Assembly (NCBI RefSeq): GCF_006345805.1 | Contig: NC_043017.1 | Location: 22,816,001-22,880,000, forward strand | Source: Octopus sinensis | Lineage: Eukaryota | Length of the DNA: 64,000 nucleotides | Direction: 5' to 3' | Shown: one piece after another, positions 37,700 through 50,381 of the stretch | Position numbering within the stretch: position 1 is the stretch's first letter | Layout: each line of letters opens with the position of its first letter | Notes under the pieces: generated by a model | Told to the model about the DNA's origin: nothing | The model's input: only the letters and a program-made list of their open reading frames with translations | Databases searched by the model: none | Made by a program: the position numbers and the translations under genes

Positions 37700-37849
37700 A
37701 CATTTTTTAAATACAATTCCTAATAATATTTCATCATAAAAATATAACTGGAATTCTTAGACATCGAATGGTTACGAGGATTCCCCCACTCCCTGAGTAA
37801 AATAGGAATCAAAAGGTCCATAGGCAAAATAAATGGTTGAGAATCACTG
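37700..37849 (-). mobile_element. hAT-like MITE end
   Basis: CAGTGATTCTCAACCATTT..GCCTATGGACC terminus shared with the plus-strand copy starting about 7590. Confidence 0.55.
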
Positions 37850-38014
37850 CGGTAGGTAGAAAAAAAAACATGCACGATTGCTCAGAATAATCGATGCAGC
37901 TATGCACAAGCCAGCAGGGAATGCGCAAATCGTGCAGTGATTAATTTTTTTCATTTAATTTTTTTTTTTTTACACCTTCGGTCCTTTCTATTTATAAAGA
38001 AATAAGAAAACTGG

Positions 38015-38316
38015 CGGCAATCTTTCGTCTCTAGTAGACCTTTCCGTCGATTTCCGTAAAAAACTTTTCTTTTTTTTTACATATGGGCTTGCGGGAACTT
38101 TTGAAGTTCACACACACACACACACACACACACATGTACATCAATGCTTCCCATGCAGGGTAACTTCAAAAGAACTTCCCTCGTCATACAATCGCTTTCT
38201 CTTAGTCTCTTTCGCTCTCATTACTTCAAAAGTTCCCGCAAGCCCATATGTAAAAAAATAATTTTGTTTACGGAAATCGACGGAAATGTCTACTAGAGAC
38301 GAAAGATCGCCGAAAG
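38015..38316. mobile_element. Foldback (Mutator-like) MITE with ~93-bp inverted arms
   Basis: Arms 38015-38107 and 38222-38312 are near-perfect reverse complements; 11-bp direct repeat AAGAAAACTGG at 38004-38014 and 38317-38327. Confidence 0.85.
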
Positions 38317-38389
38317 AAGAAAACTGGTTGTCAAAATTTGCAGTGAAACAAATTTTATGCTATCTTAATAAAATAGGTGATATTGCTTG

Positions 38390-38490
38390 AAGTCACGTGT
38401 GCCAAGAAATCGAAAATATTAACTGACGTCGCAGGAAATCCCCTACAAATCAGAGGAAGTGACGTTTTTCCTTACATCATTTCGCGGGGT
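38390..38490. promoter_or_regulatory. Housekeeping-type promoter motif cluster
   Basis: GTCACGTG (38392-38399), TGACGTC (38424-38430), GGAAGTGACGT ETS/CRE composite (38455-38465), TTTCGCGG E2F-like (38480-38487) within 100 bp of a CpG-retaining zone. Confidence 0.5.
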
Positions 38491-38818
38491 TTTTTAAATA
38501 TAAATATACCAACATATAACTGTCAACATAATGATTTCTAAAGGTTCACAGACTGTAAGTAAATCAACTTATATTTAGTTTATTATATGTAGTATATTTC
38601 AGATTTTATACGCACATGCAAGAAGACAGACAACTCGTGTGATTGTGTACAATATATAGCATTTAGAAAATGTTCTGAGGCTGAGATAAACATTGTCTTA
38701 TTGTCAATAGATTGATTATAATATGTGTGTCATTGCTTTCAAAAGGTGACAAAATGTTATCTTCCCCACCAAAAAAGTGTGGTTTAACGAAGAGAGCCTA
38801 TTTGATTCCGCGCCTTAC

Positions 38819-38960
38819 TGAATTGAAATCTCTTTCAATTTTCACTCTGCTGCTTTTTGGGAAAGCAAGACGAAAAGAACCAAGTATCATTAACACAAAA
38901 GTAATAAACAAAGAACCAATCCAAGCCAAACCAATATCGGTAAAGAGCAGGTGTCCCCAT
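38819..38960 (-). CDS. Candidate coding exon with hydrophobic segment, unknown protein
   Basis: Open frame GHLLFTDIGLAWIGSLFITFVLMILGSFRLAFPKSSRVKIERDFNS ending at CA|GTAAGG donor in phase 0; in-frame ATG at 38890; good-context ATG (CAAAGATGG) at 38960 is off by one base in a G4 run. Confidence 0.3.
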
Positions 38961-39066
38961 CTTTGTAGTGAAATATTACACGACACGAAAATGCAGGTGA
39001 TTAGGAAGTGCGCGAGCAATATAGAAGTTAATAACAAATGCCAGCGGATAGATTTAGTAAACGTGT

Positions 39067-39156
<90 letters not shown>

Positions 39157-39609
39157 ATGTGTATTATAAAACAATTGAAGTTCAATATTCTTATGACATT
39201 TAAACTTAATTTATGTCTGCTGTCACAAAGATGTGGAGTAAAATAAAGTAGGAAAGAAGGAATGGTAGAGAAAACAAAAGCTATTTTCTGATTTATTATA
39301 TTTCGAAGTTTTGTCTGAGTTTATCTCTCTCAAAAGGATTCCTTTTCGAAAGCAGTTTAGAAGCTGAACCAATAATATTCTTTTAAGTGCACGTGTTTTT
39401 GGATGGAGACGGGTAAAATGGACTTAGTTGTTCTCGAGACTATTCAGGTATATTTTATTGCATTTTCAAACTGATACGGTGAATTGATAGAGAAAATTTG
39501 CTTCAGATCTTCGCGTTCGGAGTTCATATTCCACCGAGGTCGACTTCGTCTTATTCTTTTGCGGTCTATGAATAAAAGTACTTGTCCAAGTTGATAGATT
39601 TATAAAGTA

Positions 39610-40065
39610 ATGCACCGGACGAGATGATTCGTTGTACATGTTCCGGCTCTTTCCATTCTGACAGCAACGTCTGCGACGACACTGATGTCGAGCTGTACCA
39701 GGAGGCAGTTCCTTCGGTATCGGTCTACGGTGTCGGTATGAGGATACGTCGTTCACTCCCTTTTTCACCTTAGCCTCTCTGTATCTATGTCACGAGGGAA
39801 TGTTGTGTGGGTGAATGATGTTGTGTACTAATGCCGAAGGATTACCGTGTCAGAATATTCTGACAACATCGGTACCATAGCTAGAGGGTGAGGGCGGTCC
39901 GCTCAGGACGAATGCTTTAATGGGGGCGGCGGAGGGCGGATTGCAAGCTCTATTTCCATACATTTTTAATGTCATCTCTATGTAATTGCATTCGCTCCCC
40001 GACCCTGTATTCACTTTTGTATTGTCCCCTCTATGTTTGGCCCTTGTGGCCGGAGTAAAACTAAT
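39610..40065 (+). mobile_element. Degenerate L1/Tx1-clade LINE 3' end
   Basis: Frameshifted RCRYED-T-VVHSLFH resembles the CCHC finger of L1/Tx1 ORF2; RYHS*RVRAVR..W near the end; 3' tail matches the family B SINE tail. Confidence 0.5.
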
Positions 40066-42838
40066 TGCAAGCTCAAGGGCCGTCACAGAAGACACACTCG
40101 AGCAAGTCCACTAGAAGAGACTGCATGCACTAACAGCCAAGTGATAGCCTTCAAGGCCTTAGCATTGCAGAGCAAAGCCATTGTCTTACGAGACATACGG
40201 ACATCTCGGAACTAATGATAGTTTGGCCGTTTTGGAAATCCCTCTTTTCAATAAAGATTATAAATTTCCGTGCTATTAACCTCATCTTTATCGCGTATGT
40301 TCTCCAAAGTTAAATTTAATTGGCCAGAAAATTATAATCTTGTTAACAATTCAGACAATTTATCCCACCAAGTAATATTAGAAAGATAATGTTTTAAAAG
40401 TTCTTCTATAACTTTATTAGTATTTTGTGGTTCCTCGACAAATTTACAATGTTAATAACCACTACCAACTTTGTTTAGCCCGTCATAATAATTACATAAT
40501 AATAAATACTTCACTTACATAATATAAAACATGACTGCAATTTCATCTCCAAGCTTCCTACGTTTTTTCAAGTTATTAACTTTTAATGTCTTCTTTTTCT
40601 TATTGTTTCCAACATATTACCATATTTCTATTATGCTGGACAATTTCTATTAGCAGACAACAGTCTTCTATTATATTATTTCTTTCACATCTAAGATGCT
40701 TTACTGGAATATTAAAATCGACCCAGTATTTCTTGACTTGTGCTTTATATTATCTATTAATCAATGTCTCTAATTAAAAAAGAAGAAAGTAAATGAAATG
40801 TTTATTGAAAAAAAAAAAAACTATTTCAAATGTGAGCAAGGGCATATCTGTGTTATGAACTTCGATTACGGATTACCGGTTCGATCCCACAACGTCGCAT
40901 TTCGGTAAGCATATTTCTTTCATAACTTCGGTACGAGTGGAGTTAGATGGAAATTGTACAGAAGCCTGTAGTGTTTATGTATGTGTGTCTGTGCGTCTGT
41001 TTTACATTTTAGTCGGAAAGAAACGGCAATGTCCATGACCCTTTACAGAACATGAGGGAGATCTGACACCAATGCTCGCATCAAGAGTGGGCTCCGATTA
41101 AGGCCCTCGAGAACTAAGTAGTGAGTGGGGGTATTAAACAGGGCAACAATTTAACATTATCATTTGTGTATGTATATATATATAATGGCTATTGTATATT
41201 GACGAAGAAAATAAAAAAGGAAAAATAAGAAAATCGTTAATTTGTAGATAAAGTACCATGAGCTAATTCTTCGGCATCAATTTAGTCATTGCTTTGTCAT
41301 TCTCACCGTCAGAAATGCAGTCGGTGCTTGGTCTGTTAGAAACCTGTAACCAACGACGTTATTCTTCACAAATAGCGATTTAAAATATAACGATGTAGTC
41401 TGTGAGAAAAGGTTCTACTTCACAATATTTGTATGTATATATGTATGTAATCCGTAGTTTATGCTGTGGGGCATCTCTTATGGGCTCCTTTCTAAAGTTC
41501 ACAAATAGAGCAGCATCGATATTGTCAAGAAATGTCTTAAAGTAAGCTTATTCCTTCGGTTCCATCATACCAGCATTAAATGATATCAAATGGTGTAGCG
41601 TGGGGTGTACAGACCAGCAGGCGGTAGCCACTTTATGTACACAGGAAGACCAAGGATGTCCTGTCTAACACATGTAAAACACAGGACATATTTCCTTTGC
41701 ATCTATGCATCATATGTGAAACATTCTCCCTTTTTTTTTTAACCACCAAAGCAACAAGAGACTTGGGAAAAGAAAGCTTTATATTACTCAGAACATATGA
41801 AACGAGGGCTAAATAAAAGTTTGAAAACAAGCATAGACTTGTAGGACAAACTTATGTAAATGTTTTGGACAGGCAAATGTAACGAAAGGGTTGCCTAATT
41901 TGACTTCTACACGGGAAGGCCAAAACCCAGGCTACACCACTCTCTATTGATCTTATCCCAACTCCAAGCATCCGTGTCGTTGCAGAATTGTTTGACTGGA
42001 AAGAACCTGTATAGATATTGCATGGCATCTTGTCCGACGCTCTATTTTACCGTCTTGGACTAGTATAATTTGTGTATCCATCGACCTCGAAAGGATGAAA
42101 GACAAAGTTAACCGCGGTGAGATCTGAACTTAATGCACAAGATCCGGAATATACAATCTCTATCAATTTACCACAAAATGAAATTTATTATTTTAAGTTT
42201 TTAAAATTACGTTATATTCTTGTTTAAATTTTACCATTGAAGGCCACAAAACATAAGGGCCATTTTGTTAGGTCTCTAGAGGACTGACAAACTCCAAGCC
42301 GGATGCTTAGCTATCCAACTTCATATTTAAACAAATTTTTGTGGACTTCATTTTTAAACATTATACGAGTTCGGTAAGAAACAAGAAATTTGACGATGTT
42401 ATTGCATTTATACATTATATTAGTGGAACAAAGAGCAAGTGGGTGGAGAACCCAGCGGAGCACTGGTCCACAAACCACATGTTGAGTTAAGAGGTCTTAA
42501 ATTGAAATCGCGTAGTGTTTGCCAGCTGAGCCTCATTCAAAAAAGGATATAGAAATATAACGTTTTCGGCAAATGTGTGTGTGTGAGTGTGTACACGTAC
42601 ATGGGAGCATGTGTATCAAAACAGAATATTTCAATCAACCATGTAAACACCTAGGACACAGATCATTCAATTGTAGAAAATAGAATTAAAAAATTGAAAG
42701 AATGAACGACAAAGTAAAGAAGACGATGTGTGACAAAAGAAATGGGCGGGTGTAAATGCATATATATATATATATAGCATTATTCAGTAATAAATAATAA
42801 TAATAATGAAGAAAAAGAATTTTGTTGTTTCCACCTAC

Positions 42839-42904
42839 CTTAACTGTGTCCTCAACAGAATTTACCAATCCTGGACTCCTCTTCTGTCGACTAGCCATGG
42901 ACAT
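42839..42904 (-). CDS. Candidate first coding exon (MS)MASRQKRSPGLVNSVEDTVK, unknown protein
   Basis: ATGs at 42904 and 42898, strong AAG|GTAGGT donor in phase 0; upstream 42905-43330 is unique, CpG-retaining, 5'UTR-like sequence. Confidence 0.45.
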
Positions 42905-44942
42905 AAAGAACTCATGGACAAAAAATGACACATAAACATATATATATGTATAAATAATGTCTCTTCTTAGGTAAAATCCAAGTTAGTTTGAAGACTGTAC
43001 ACAGTATCCATATAAGATAGGTTTCACTGATTTTCTTTTTGTGCGTGTCGGCGTGTCGTCTGCGTGTAAATAAAGTGTATACCAGTATAATTTCTGCGTT
43101 AATCTTGCAAAAGAATTAGTAATACTAGTAGTAAGAAGAATAGTTTATTGAATTAGTGGAATTTTTGAGAGAGAGAAAGGCGAAGGTTTTCGAATTGAAA
43201 GTATCGTCTGCAAACAAACAAACACACGACGTTTGCTTAGGAATAGAGAAAAGTGCAGCCGACAGCTGAGCGCACCGACCAACAACTATCTCACCCTTAA
43301 TATTTCTACTACATAGACATAAACATACGTATAGACAGGTTATATATTATATTTAACAACAATAATTAAACGTCAACGAAGGTAATAATTAAATAATAAA
43401 TAAATAATAATAATAATAATAATGACGACTCGGAGGATATGAATGAAACCTTAAACAAGTAGAGGTAAATTGCTAAGGTTTCTTAAATGGCTATTAAAAA
43501 AGCGTGGTTTTATTATTATATATGATATATAAAGGTGCAGCATGAGACATTAATGACGCCCATACCGCAATGGAAGTGGTTAATATATATGTATTATATT
43601 AAATTTTATATATAGTAGTTTTGTAAGGGGTTAATTTTTAATTTTTTTCTTTGGAATAATTTCTTGCCACGAGTGTTAATTTATATTACTTTCTTATAGT
43701 TAAATAAACTAACACGTGTCTTGGGTTTGTTAAACGGGGAACATAGTGAAATTGTGGCGTTTATGCCTTGCTGTGCGAATTAAGATGCTAACAATTGCAA
43801 CATATAATAAAAAAAAATTGAAATAATGAAAGTAGAATATAGTAATTCTACTGTCCACGGTAAACTATGCAACAGTAATAGTAATAATAATGCAAAAAAA
43901 TATTCACCATGTTTTCAAATATTGGTGTTTGTTGTGAAGGTAAGGAGGAAAAGGGTGAGAAATATTTTTTTAATGAATATAGAAGAGAGTTGGGGTGAAA
44001 TGGAGAGAGAAAGAGAACGAAAGGAAAAGAGAATAGAGTTTTTGAGAAGAGATATTGAAAGGGAGAATGTGATGTTAGAAGAGGAGGAAAAAGAGGAATA
44101 GGAAATGTAAGGTGAAAGTGGCTAGAAAGATACACATACATATAGGGAGAGAGAGAGAGAGAGTAAAAAGGAAGGATGAGTAAAGGCGATAGAAACCACG
44201 GAAAAAGATTATACTTGTAGAGAAGAGGGAGACAGTAAAAGAAAGTGATAGTAGAAGAGGAAGAATAAGAAAAAGTAACTGGAAATATAAGATGGGAGGG
44301 AAGTGGCCGACAGATAGATAGATAGAAAGTGAGAAATAGACGGTTATACGGGAAGGTAGATTTTTATAAGTTTAGCTGAAGTGGAGTGCATCTCTTACTC
44401 AATCCTTCTCTGACTGGGTGGCTTAGGTGGACAATCAGGTGCATTCACTGTTTAATTTTGCAGGTTAGTGGTTGTTTCTGTTTAACCCCCAGGTCAGTTC
44501 TGATTGAAATATGATAAATAGCATTCCAACCATGACCATCTCATCTTTTTTTTAAGACATAGTGTCCCCCCACCGGACTACTTCATCGAATGCATCATTT
44601 TTTTTCTTAAGACGGCAGTTGTTTATTTAGGCAGGTGTGGTTCGATGATGATTTGACTGCTATTTCTAACAGTTTGGCCGACCTCGTAGGGACTCCACTG
44701 CAGGTTAGTGGATGAATAAGTTAGTTGGGAAATATAGATAGTGGGTTTCGGTGGGTGACAAGGTCTGGGGGAAAAAGGACTGTCAAGTCTTGTAGGGATG
44801 GTCAACAAGTGCAACACATACTGGAAAAAAATGAATCAGCGACTGAACATTTTAGACAGACAGATAGATGGATAGGTAGATAGATAGGTAGATAGATAGA
44901 TAGATAGATAGACAGACAGATAGATATTGATAGACAGGGATG

Positions 44943-44986
<44 letters not shown>

Positions 44987-46449
44987 TTTGGCAATAAGCA
45001 GAAAAAGAACATACATAGATGTTTACTATTAATACAAGCATTAATTAAAGGATGACTCAATACATCTGAGCATTACATTTTATTTAATTCTACAAAGAAA
45101 AGGTCGACAATTTTCAACTTAGTTGCCAAACTTCGAAATCACTGTCAGCCTTTTCTTTCTGAAAATTATATAGATATATTATATACTCACATAAATATGC
45201 AAGCACACAGAGTGCGAAGGGGTGGTGGATAGACAGAACTAGCAAGTGAAAAGTCGAAGTGCAGGAGAAAGAAAAAAAGCGAATGAATGAATGAGAGAAG
45301 AGAACGACGTTTTTCTAAACTGATGTTTTGCACGCCTCATGTGTTGTCAAGCCAGATGCACGTGTAGATTTGATAGATATATTTCGCTGTCTTTTCCCTT
45401 CCTTCTTTAAAGTTGTTACATCAGTATTATTAAATAAAGAAATCATTATTTATTTCTTTAACCCCCACCATCATCTCCGCCCTTATTTTTTCTTAGATTT
45501 TTCGACTTTTTTTTCCTCGTGTTTAAGCATTGTCAACAACGATGCTTTGTGAAGGGATTTTCCGCCTCTTTACCCTCCACTTCTAATTCTAATATATATC
45601 TACGAGATCGGCAAAACTGTTAGAAATAGCAGTCAAATCTTCATCGAATCACACCTGCCTAAACTACTGAAAAGGTTGCAAGACGCAACGAACATTTTAG
45701 AAAAATATAGAAAGAAATAAATGGAAATTTTACCGGCGAGTGTGTTAGATTATAAAGCACTAAAAGAGAATGACTCTCCCCAGACACAACAATATATATA
45801 TATATATATAATCTTGTCTTTTTAAATTCCGTTTATTCTTCTCTACACCTCCGTCAATATTCAATCGCCTCTTCAACACCGGACTATCCAAGTAGTCTTA
45901 TCGATACTATTACTAGACGATGTATATAAGCGAAAAACACAGAATGCTCAGATACCCGACTGGGAATAAAAATACGCATCACAATCGGATGACGACGATA
46001 CCCAACCAACTAACAAGTTGTTGATAGTGTGTGTCTGTGTGTACGAACGTTTTGCACTCTGTTGTATACACAGAGCTCTTAGCAGCTTGTTAGTATGCGC
46101 AGATACACTTTTACTACATCCAACAACTGGGCTTTGGTCATACGGGGACATTACACGTACCCACCCCACCCCACCCCGTTTGAATGAGGAGGCGTCGGGT
46201 GGCAGCACCCGTAGTCTTTACTTTGCACTGCTAAATTAGTTGAGTGTAGTTAATAATATGGGGAATGATTGTTCGTTTGTGTGAAAGATATTGAGTTGTA
46301 GTATAAGTGGCTTGTCGTGGTCTTCATTCTGTTCCCAGTAGCATCGGTGGTAAGTCTTGAGTACTTCCTCTCCCTACTGATTCTCGTATATGTATATGTG
46401 TGACTGTAAGTATATACACATAAATGTGTGGATGTGCGTGTGTGTGTGT

Positions 46450-46491
46450 GTATAGATAGATAGGTAGGTAGATAGATTGATAGGTAGATAT

Positions 46492-46522
<31 letters not shown>

Positions 46523-47608
46523 GATTATATAGATATATATATAGATAGATATATATAGATATATATATATATATAGATAGATATATATAGATATATATAT
46601 ATATATAGATAGATATATATAGATATATATATATATAGATAGATATATAGATAATATATATTATAGATAGATATATATAGATATATATAGATATATAGAT
46701 ATATAGATAGATAGAATATATATATATATAGATATATATATATATAGATATTATATATAAATAGATTATATTATATATAAGGATATATATATATATAGAT
46801 ATAATATATATATAGATATATATATATATAGATATATATATATATAGTATATATATATTATATAGAATATATATATATATAGATATAATATATATTAGAT
46901 ATATATTATATATAGAGATATATATATATATATAGGATATATATAATCGATAGATATATAGATAGATAGATATATATATATAATAGATAGATAGATATAT
47001 ATAATATATAGATATATAGATATATATTAGATAGATAGATATATATATATAAGATAGATAGATATATATATATATAGATATCTAGATAGATAGATAGATA
47101 TAATATATATAGATAGATATATATATATAGATATATATATAGATATATATATATAAATATATAGATATCTATATAGATATATATAGTAATATATATATAT
47201 TCTATAGATATATATAGATATATATATAGATATATATATATATATAGATATATATATAGATATAGATATATATATTATCTAATATTATATTATATAGATA
47301 TATATATAATATATATAGATATATATATATATAATATATAGAATATATATATATATTTATAATATATTAGATATATAGATAGATATTATAGAATATATAT
47401 AGTAATATATATATATATATAGATATTATATATATATATTAGATATATATAGATATAATATATATAGATATATATAGATATTATAATATAATATATATAA
47501 GATAAGATTATATATATAGATATCTATAAGATATATATAGATATATATAGATATATATATATAGATATATAGATTATATATATATATATATAGATATATA
47601 TATAGATA
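46450..47608. repeat. ~1.15 kb irregular (TA)n/(GATA)n microsatellite
   Basis: Directly visible. Confidence 0.95.
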
Positions 47609-50381
47609 TTCTCAACAGAAGCCATGAACATATTTTCGAATGGATACTGCGAAGCAGTCGCTGTATTCAGTCAAACCAACAACTTAACAGTAGTTGGGCT
47701 CTACAGACCACCCCAAACGCCCCTACCATGCTTCAAGGAATGCCTCAACAGCATAAAGTGTTTCATTCAGCAGTGTCAACCTGACAACATTTTAATGATG
47801 GGAGATTTCAACCTTCCGGGGTTGACTGGTCTACAAACAGTCTGCCGCCAGGTTCTTCTCTCTCAACCCCTGACAGGGAGGCAGTGGAATCACTTCTTGA
47901 CTTCATGGATGACTTCTTCTTGTCCCAACTGGTACTCGAACCAACGAGATGTCACAAAAACGTCTTAGACTTAATTTTCAGCAATCACACTGATACTATC
48001 CACAATATTGCAGTGGAGAAAACCTACTCTCCGACCATGACATGGTTCTCTGTGATCTGAGATTTCACTGGCCAAAATGCAAAACAAATGTCATCCCTCC
48101 TGCTCATCCATTTGACACTATGGATTTCCACAATGCAAACTGGGAAGCGATCAATAATGATCTTGCACAAGTCGATTGGTCCTTCACGCACACATACACA
48201 CCCACTAACATCAAAAAGTCCTGGCAGTCACTTGTAGACACCATCACGAACATATGTGCAAGACCACACCCCATTAAGATCTGCAAACAAATCTAAGTGT
48301 CGAATCCCTAGAAATAGAAAATCTCTCATAAGGAAAATTAAAAGAATCAACAAAAAGATCAACATGCTGACATACTGTCAACAGCAACACACCAACCTGA
48401 CTGCCATCTCGTCGCTAGAGATTAAAAAACATAAACTCCAAAACAACATGATGTCTATCATCAATAGTCAGCGAAGAGCTGAAGAGGCCTGGGCCATTGA
48501 GAAGATCAAACTCAATCCCAAAGTGTTCTTTTCATTTGCAAAAAAACACAGAGTCACTGGTTCTACTGTTGGCCCTCTGATTGATGAAAATGGTACTCTT
48601 CAAGACAATGCCAAAACCATGGGAGAAATATTGCAGAAACAATATTGCTCTGTTTCAGTCAGCATCCTGATATGACTGATCTGGGCTGTATCAGTGATGT
48701 TACTCCCCAATACACTTTATCGGACATAACATTTGGCGCTCCTGATGTCTTAGCAGCAATAAAGGAAATGAAGCATAATTCAGCAGTAGGTCCCGATAGG
48801 TTTCCCTGCTTGTGTCTTGAAGATGTGTCAAACCAACTTGCACCCCCTCTAGCCAATCTGTGGCGGAACTCATTGGATGCTGGATATATACCAGAAGACC
48901 TTCTATCCCAGTCTGTTGTCCCAGTTTTTCAAAAAAGGAAACAAATCGCTTGCCGTGAATTACCGTCCAATCTCACTCACCTCATATCATCAAGGTATTT
49001 GAGAGGGTGCTGAGATCGCGTATGACTCACTTCCTTGAGAGTCATAATATGCTGAACCCCAACGCATGGATTCCGTAATGGAGAGAGATTGCCTGACGCA
49101 GCTACTGCATCATTTTGATGACATTTTGAGAGCCTTGGGAGGGGTTCCAACACTGATGTCATCTACCTTGATTTCAGCAAGGCCTTTGACAGGGTTGATC
49201 ATAAGATCCTTCTGAGAAGCTGTCCAATATTGGTGTCACTGGAAAGCTGCTGCAATGGATCAAGTGCTTCCTCTCTAACAGAACCCAACATGTTGTAGTC
49301 GAAGGAGTCAAATCCAGCCCCCAGCCCAAAAGTCAGCAGTGGTGTCCCACAAGGCACTGTGTTGGGCCCACTTCTCTTCATCATCTACATAAATGATATT
49401 ACTGACACCATCAAACACAGCAACATCAGAACCTTCGCTGATGATTCCAAGCTCCAGAAGGTCATCAATGGCGTGGATGACCGAATAACCTTCAGTCAGA
49501 CCTACTGGCTGTTGTCCAATGGGCGGAAAAGAATAACATGTTGCTAATGAAGACAAATTCGAACTGATCCACTTTGGAAGGGAGGACGCTCTGAAACTCC
49601 ATACTCTCTTCCTTCTGGAGAAATTCTCATGGCATCCAACAACATCAGAGACCTGGGAGTAACAGTGGACAACACATAAGCTGGGCTACACATATAAGCA
49701 GCAAAGTTGACATGGCCCGCAGAATGTGTTCCTGGATTCTCAGACCTTCCAGTCGAGAGATTCCCACGCTATTATCCTTCTCTTCTCTCCCTTTTGCCGA
49801 CCCCACCTTGAATACTGCTGTCCACTGTGGTCTCCCTACACAAAACAAAATATTATGAGAATTGAAGCTCCCCAAAGGTCAATCACAAAAAAGATAGATG
49901 GCATGTCAGACCTTGACTACTGGGGTAGACTAGAGAAGCTGAATTGTATTCACTCCAACGACGCCGTGAACGCTACATTATCTGTATGATGTGGAAAATA
50001 TTCCATCAGCACTGTCCGAATGATGTTGGCATCACCTTCAAAATGCATCCAAGGCTTGGACCACGTGCCATCCGTCCACAACAAAAATCTAAATCGCCTC
50101 ACATAACGACAATACGGCACAACTATTTCACCTCATTGGACCCGCTCTCTTCAACATAACACCAGGACACGTCAAAAAGAAACTGACCACACAAAATTCA
50201 AGAAGTCTTTGGACAAATTCCTTCAAACAGTACCGGACAAACCACCACACCGGAATGTCTCCGGAAACAATAACTCTCTGCTCGAATGGGCTTGGTGCCC
50301 AATCCTGAACTGATAGACTTCGCCAGGTGGTGCTATTAAGTTAACATGGCCTGGGCCAATACTGGCCAAAACCTTTCTAGT
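47609..50381 (+). mobile_element. 5'-truncated CR1-group LINE ORF2 (APE endonuclease + reverse transcriptase), frameshifted
   Basis: VVGLYRPP, MGDFNLP, SQLVLEPTR..VLDLIFSN, SDHDMV, NPKVFFSFAK, NYRPISLT, HGFR, VIYLDFSKAFDRVDH, SGVPQGTVLGPLLFIIYINDI, FADDSK, RPHLEYCCPLWSP, LQRRRERYII spread over several frames. Confidence 0.95.

Noticed and set aside
38712-39203. 163-aa plus-strand ORF
   Set aside because: Non-ATG start, last third is (TA)n, no recognisable motif; the antisense frame with a donor is the better candidate.
39848-39865. Perfect 18-bp palindrome TGTCAGAATATTCTGACA
   Set aside because: Lies within the Tx1-like relic and has no supporting context for a regulatory role.
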